Shown here in pieces: positions 56,101-64,000 of a stretch of DNA of 64,000 nucleotides. The notes below the pieces were generated by a model that was not told the origin of the DNA, did no database searches, and worked only from the letters and a program-made list of their open reading frames with translations. The stretch's first letter is position 1. The number at the start of each line of letters is the position of its first letter. This DNA is from Eledone cirrhosa (Eukaryota): NCBI GenBank assembly GCA_964016885.1, contig OZ024741.1, forward strand, positions 265,050,001-265,114,000, in the 5' to 3' direction. The position numbers and the translations under genes were made by a program.

Positions 56101-59100
56101 ACACCAACCACCACCACCACAACCACTACCAACACAACCACTACCAGCACTACCATTTACACCAACCACCACCACCACAACCACTACCAACACAACCACT
56201 ACCAGCACTACCATTTACACCAACCACCACCACTACAACCACGACCATCACAACCACTACCAGCACTACCATTTACATCAACTACCACCACCACAACCAC
56301 TACCAGCACGACCATTTACACCGACCACCACCACTACAACCAACATAACCACTACCAGCACTACCATTTACACCAACCACCACCACCACAACCACTACCA
56401 ACATAACCACTACCAGCACTACCATTTACACCAACCACCACCACCACAACCACTACCAGCACGACCATTTACACCGACCACCACCACCACAACCACTACC
56501 AACACAACCACTACCAGCACTACCATTTACACCAACCACCACCACCACAACCACTACCAACATAACCACTACCAGCACTACCATTTACACCAACCACCAC
56601 CACTACAACCACGACCATCACAACCACTACCAGCACGACCATTTACACCAACCACCACCACTACAACCACTACCACCACAACCACTACCAGCACGACCAT
56701 TTACACCGACCACCACCACCAACACGACCATTTACACCAACCACCACCACTACAACCACTACCACCACAACCACTACCAGCACGACCATTTACACCGACC
56801 ACCACCACCACAACCACTACCAGCACGACCATTTACACCAACCACCACCACCACGACCACTACCAACATAACCACTACCAGCACTACCATTTACACCGAC
56901 CACCACCACTACAACCACTACCAACATAACCACTACCAGCACTACCATTTACACCAACCACCACCACTACAACCACTACCATCACAACCACTACCAGCAC
57001 TACCATTTACACCAACCACCACCACCACAACCACTACCAACATAACCACTACCAGCACTACCATTTACACCAACCACCACCACCACAACCACTACCAACA
57101 TAACCACTACCAGCACTACCATTTACACCAACCACCACCACCACAACCACTACCAACATAACCACTACCAGCTCTACCATTTACACCAACCACCACCACT
57201 ACAACCACTACCAACATAACCACTATCAGCACTACCATTTACACCAACCACCACCACCACAACCACTACCAACATAACCACTACCAGCACTACCATTTAC
57301 ACCAACCACCACCATCACAACCACTACCATCACAACCACTACCAGCACTACCATTTACACCGACCACCACCACCACAACCACTACCAGCACTACCATTTA
57401 CACCAACCACCACCACCACAACCACTACCAACATAACCACTACCAGCACTACCATTTACACCAACCACCACCACCACAACCACTACCAACATAACCACTA
57501 CCAGCACTACCATTTACACCAACCACCACCACTACAACCACTACCATCACAACCACTACCAGCACTACCATTTACACCAACCACCACCACCACAACCACT
57601 ACCAACATAACCACTACCAGCACTACCATTTACACCAACCACCACCATCACAACCACTACCATCACAACCACTACCAGCACTACCATTTACACCGACCAC
57701 CACCACCACAACCACTACCAGCACTACCATTTACACCAACCACCACCACCACAACCACTACCAACATAACCACTACCAGCACTACCATTTACACCGACCA
57801 CCACCACCACCACAACCACTACCAGCACTACCATTTACACCGACCACCACCACCACAACCACTACCATCATAACCACTACCAGCACTACCATTTACACCA
57901 ACCACCACCACCACAACCACTACCATCATAACCACTACCAGCACTACCATTTACACCAACCACCACCACCACAACCACTACCATCATAACCACTACCAGC
58001 ACAACCATTTACACCAACCACAACCACTACCATCACAACCACTACCTGCACTACCATTTACACCAACCACCACCACCACAACCACTACCAACATAACCAC
58101 TACCAGCACTACCATTTACACCAACCACCACCACTACCAGCACTACCATTTACACCGACCACCACCACCACAACCACTACCAGCACTACCATTTACACCA
58201 ACCACCACCACCACAACCACTACCAACATAACCACTACCAGCACTACCATTTACACCGACCACCACCACCACAACCACTACCAACATAACCACTACCAGC
58301 ACTACCATTTACACCAACCACCACCACCACAACCACTACCAACATAACCACTACCAGCACTACCATTTACACCAACCACAACCACTACAACCACTACCAA
58401 CACAACCACTACCAGCACTACCATTTACACCAACCACAACCACTACAACCACTACCATCACAACCACTACCAGCACTACCATTTACACCAACCACAACCA
58501 CTACAACCACTACCATCACAACCACTACCAGCACTACCATTTACACCAACCACCACCACCACAACCCCTACCAGCACTACCATTTACACCAACCACCACC
58601 ACCACAACCACTACCAACATAACCACTACCAGCACTACCATTTACACCAACCACCACCACCACCACCACCACAACCACTACCATCATAACCACTACCAGC
58701 ACTACCATTTACACCAACCACCACCACCACAACCACTACCAACATAACCACTACCAGCACTACCATTTACACCAACCACCACCACTACAACCACTACCAA
58801 CATAACCACTACCAGCACTACCATTTACACCAACCACCACCACCACAACCACTACCATCATAACCACTACCAGCACTACCATTTACACCAACCACCACCA
58901 CTACAACCACTACCAACATAACCACTACCAGCACTACCATTTACACCAACCACCACCACTACAACCACTACCAACATAACCACTACCAGCACTACCATTT
59001 ACACCAACCACCACCACCACAACCACTACCATCATAACCACTACCAGCACTACCATTTACACCAACCACCACCACTACAACCACTACCAACATAACCACT

Positions 59101-61250
59101 ACCAGCACTACCATTTACACCAACCACCACCACTACAACCACTACCAACATAACCACTACCAGCACTACCATTTACACCAACCACCACCACCACAACCAC
59201 TACCATCATAACCACTACCAGCACTACCATTTACACCAACCACCACCACCACAACCAACATAACTACTACCAGCACTACCATTTACACGAACCACCACCA
59301 CCACCACCACCACAACCACTACCAACATAACCACTACCAACACAACCACTACCAACATAACCACTACCAGCACTACCATTTACACCGACCACCACCACCA
59401 CAACCACTACCAACATAACCACTACCAGCACTACCATTTACACCAACCACCACCATCACTACCACTACCAACATAACCACTACCAGCACTACCATTTACA
59501 CCAACCACCACCACCACAACCAACATAACTACTACCAGCACTACCATTTACACCAACCACCACCACCACTACCACTACCAACATAACCACTACCAGCACT
59601 ACCATTTACACCGACCACCACCATCACTACCACTACCAACATAACCACTACCAGCACTACCATTTACACCAACCACCACCACCACAACCACTACCACCAT
59701 AACCACTACCAACACAACCATTTACACCAACCACCACCACCACAACCACTACCAACATAACCACTACCAACACAACCATTTACACCAACCACCACCACCA
59801 CAACCACTACCACCATAACCACTACCAACACAACCATTTACACCAACCACCACCACTACAACCACTACCAACATAACCACTACCAACACAACCATTTACA
59901 CCAACCACCACCACCACAACCACTACCATCATAACCACTACCAACACAACCATTTACACCAACCACCACCACCACAACCACTACCACCATAACCACTACC
60001 AACACAACCATTTACACCAACCACCACCACTACAACCACTACCAACATAACCACTACCAACACAACCATTTACACCAACCACCACCACCACAACCACTAC
60101 CATCATAACCACTACCAACACTACCATTTACACCAACCACCACCACTACAACCACTACCAACATAACCACTACCAACACAACCATTTACACCAACCACCA
60201 CCACTACAACCACTACCAACATAACCACTACCAACACAACCATTTACACCAACCACCACCACCACAACCACTACCACCATAACCACTACCAACACAACCA
60301 TTTACACCAACCACCACCACCACAACCACTACCAACATAACCACTACCAGCACTACCATTTACACCAACCACCACCACCACAACCACTACCATCATAACC
60401 ACTACCAACACTACCATTTACACCAACCACCACCACTACAACCACTACCAACATAACCACTACCAACACAACCATTTACACCAACCACCACCACTACAAC
60501 CACTACCAACATAACCACTACCAACACAACCATTTACACCAACCACCACCACCACAACCACTACCAACATAACCACTACCAGCACTACCATTTACACCAA
60601 CCACCACCACCACAACCACTACCAACATAACCACTACCAACACAACCATTTACACCAACCACCACCACCACAACCACTACCACCATAACCACTACCAACA
60701 CAACCATTTACACCAACCACCACCACTACAACCACTACCAACATAACCACTACCAACACAACCATTTACACCAACCACCACCACCACAACCACTACCATC
60801 ATAACCACTACCAACACTACCATTTACACCAACCACCACCACTACAACCACTACCAACATAACCACTACCAACACAACCATTTACACCAACCACCACCAC
60901 CACAACCACTACCATCATAACCACTACCAACACAACCATTTACACCAACCACCACCACTACAACCACTACCATCATAACCACTACCAACACAACCATTTA
61001 CACCAACCACCACCACCACAACCACTACCACCATAACCACTACCAACACAACCATTTACACCAACCACCACCACCACAACCACTACCAACATAACCACTA
61101 CCAACACTACCATTTACACCAACCACCACCACTACAACCACTACCAACATAACCACTACCAGCACTACCATTTACACCAACCACCACCACCACAACCACT
61201 ACCAACACAACCACTACCAGCACTACCATTTACACCAACCACCACCACTA
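50190..61250. repeat. About 11-kb C/A-rich satellite with 58-bp and 43-bp units
   Basis: accactaccagcactaccatttacaccaaccaccaccaccaca(accactaccaacata). Confidence 0.98.
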
Positions 61251-61874
61251 CCACCACAACAACAACCACTACCACCACCATAACAACAACCACTACCAGC
61301 ACTACCAACATTACCATCACAGCCCCCTACATCAACCGCTACTACCACTACCATCAGCATCACCACCATCAACACCACTACGAACTCAACCACTACCAGC
61401 ACTACTAATAATATCACAACCACTACCATGACAACCACTACCATCACATCCACTACTATCTACACCAACCACCACATCCACTACCACCACAACCACCATC
61501 ACCACAGCATCAGCTGCATTACCACCATCACCACCAGCAACAGAAACAACAATCTAATATGCTAACACGCATATACACACATACACACATACACAGACAC
61601 ACACACACACGTATACATATATAGATATATTTCTTTATTAGCCACAGGGGCACAAAAGAAGGGGACAAATACAAAGGGGGAAGTTTACATACAATAAAAA
61701 CGTGTAAAATGTTATCACAGATGGAATTTAAAAGTTAGTCGATTTTCCCCAATAGAGGGAGACAGTTTATATGGGTAACACAGACCCCCGAAAAAAATGT
61801 GCAACCCTCATCTCCAGGAGTACGAAGAGCTTGTACTCCTTTCCTCTCCTCCTCCTTTTCCTCAACCTACATAT

Positions 61875-61928
<54 letters not shown>

Positions 61929-61935
61929 TGATATA

Positions 61936-62288
61936 CAGTTGTCACCCGGTATTCGCGAGGGTTATGTTCCTAGAGCAGCCGCGAAAGGTGACAGCCGCGA
62001 ATATTCGACGTGATCCATTAAAATACCTATAAACGTCAATATATAACGTAAAATATAATATAAAAAAAAGAGAGAGCGACTTATGCGAAGGGGCGTCCAA
62101 TAGGCCGGCAAATGCGGTATATTGTTATTAATGGTTTAGCAATATTGCCACGAAAAAAGCCATAAAAAAAATCACGGAAGATATTTACAATTCCGCGAAT
62201 ATGCAGTGGTTTCCACGAACAATTATTAGTTAGGTCGTAAGGAAAATTCCGCGAATAATCGAAGCCGCGAATGTCGGGGGGTACACTG
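61936..62288. mobile_element. pogo/Tigger-like MITE
   Basis: TA|CAGTtgtcacccggtattcgcg ... cgcgaatgtcgggggGtacACTG|TA, with repeated ccgcgaa motifs. Confidence 0.8.
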
Positions 62289-62398
62289 TATGTATAATAT
62301 ATATATAGTACGTTATTCCGGGTTGAATCGGAGGTAACCACAGTAAGTAAGGTACTCAATACATTGCAGAGTATAAAAGTTTTAATATAGATGAGATT

Positions 62399-62445
62399 CT
62401 ACAGGACTAGAACTGTTTCATTCTTTAGAAATCATCAGGGTTGTA

Positions 62446-62446
<1 letters not shown>
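62399..62446 (-). ncRNA. Hammerhead of cassette family C
   Basis: Minus strand ctacaacc-CTGATGA-tttc taaa gaat-GAAA-cagttctagt-C-ctgtag. GUC triplet; stems are short. Confidence 0.6.
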
Positions 62447-62479
<33 letters not shown>

Positions 62480-62597
62480 TACAACTCTTCACTTTGTGTC
62501 TCTAGTTGGTGCCATCTTTTTCTATCATTCCAGTCAGAGCAAATTTCAAGAATCCAGCAATTCTTTTAGCTCTGTGTTGACTTTATAACTACTGCTA

Positions 62598-63472
62598 TTG
62601 TTGTTGTTGTTGTTGTTGTGTTGGTGGTGGTGGTGGTGGTGGTGGTGGTGGTGGTGGTGGTGGTGGTGGTGGTGGTGGTGGTGGTGGTGGTGGTGATGGT
62701 CTGTGGTGGTGATGGTCTGTGGTGGTGGTGGTGGTGGTGGTGGTGGTGATGGTGGTGATGGTCTGTGGTGGTGATGGTCTGTGGTGGTGATGGTCTGTGG
62801 TGGTGGTGGTGGTGGTGGTGGTGGTCTGTGGTGGTGGTGGTGGTGGTGGTGGTCTGTGGTGGTGGTGGTGGTGGTGGTGGTGGTGGTGATGGTGGTGATG
62901 GTCTGTGGTGGTGATGGTCTGTGGTGGTGATGGTCTGTGGTGGTGGTGGTGGTGGTGGTGGTGGTCTGTGGTGGTGGTGGTGGTGGTGGTGGTCTGTGGT
63001 GGTGGTGGTGGTGGTGGTGGTGGTGGTAGTGGTGGTGATGGTGGTGGTGGTCTGTAGTGGTGGTGGTGGTGGTGGTTGTGGTTTGTGGTGCTGGTGGTGG
63101 TGGTAGTGGTGGTGGTGGTTGTGGTGGTGGTGATGGTGGTGGTGGTCTGTAGTGGTGGTGGTGGTGGTGGTTGTGGTTTGTGGTGCTGGTGGTGGTGGTA
63201 GTGGTGGTGGTGGTTGTGGTCTGTGGTGGTGGTGATGGTGGTGGTGGAAGTGGTGGTCGTTGTCGTCGTCGTTGTCGTGGTTATGGTTATTGTGGTGGTG
63301 TTAGTGGTGGCGGTGGTGGTGGTGTTGGTGGTGTTGGTGGTGTTAGTGGTGGTGGTGGGGTGGTAGTGGTGGTGTTGGTGGTGGTGGTGGTGGTGGTGAT
63401 GGTGATGATGATGGTGGTGGTGGTGGTGATTGTAGTGATAGTGATGAGGATTGTGATGACAATGAAGATGGA

Positions 63473-63506
<34 letters not shown>

Positions 63507-63620
63507 GTGAATGTGGTGATGATGATGTTGATGCTGATGATGTTCATGGTGATAGTAATGGTGATGATCGTGATGGTGATGATGATGATGATGACAGTGA
63601 TGATGATGATGATGATGGTT
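62598..63620. repeat. (GGT)n/(GAT)n low-complexity tract
   Basis: Direct reading. Confidence 0.95.
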
Positions 63621-64000
63621 TTGGTGGCTAAAATGGCACTAACGATTGTGGTGCAAGATGAGGTGGGAGTGAGGGGGGAGGTGAGGGCGGTGTGTACACT
63701 AAACAGTTGGTGATACTGGTGTTGTTGTTGTTAAGAATTAACCATAGGTCAACACTGACCTAGCAGGACTAGGATTAAAGACGTTCCAGAAGTGAACATC
63801 CTGTCATGTTCTGTATCTAGGACACCATTATTCAATATGTCCTTCCTCTTTTCTCTTAATTTTAAGACAGTAATATGTGTTTTGAGGGAGATTTGGCTGC
63901 TATTTCTAGCCGGAGTCAAGCATCAATTTTTTATGCACAATACGCCAAGGACCAAGTCTTCCCTCCTTTTCTTAATTTTAAGACAGTAATATGTGTTTTG

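Noticed and set aside
50190-61250. Giant mucin exon
   Set aside because: Units of 58 and 43 bp are not multiples of 3, so frames cycle into TAA.

Overview
A very AT-rich, repeat-dominated eukaryotic window with no recognisable intact host protein-coding gene. The tRNA-derived SINEs, dense (TA)n tracts and repeat families resemble an octopod cephalopod genome (inference, not proven). Contents: about 15 SINE copies; one decayed Penelope-like (PLE, Neptune-type) RT/GIY-YIG fragment; RTE and CRE-like LINE remnants; non-autonomous Helitron, hAT and Tc1/mariner MITEs; tandem arrays of 21, 31, 54, 56, 58/43 and 90 bp, including an 11-kb C/A-rich satellite; and two or three candidate orphan exons. 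The most striking unexplained structure is a set of short non-coding cassettes from several distinct families, inserted in (TA)n tracts. Many carry a type-I hammerhead ribozyme: about 7 fold well by eye and several more are decayed. They recur as asymmetric head-to-head fold-backs whose turning point often lies at or just upstream of the ribozyme core. Nearly all ORFs in the supplied track are microsatellite artefacts. All pairings and alignments were done by eye, so many boundaries are approximate.
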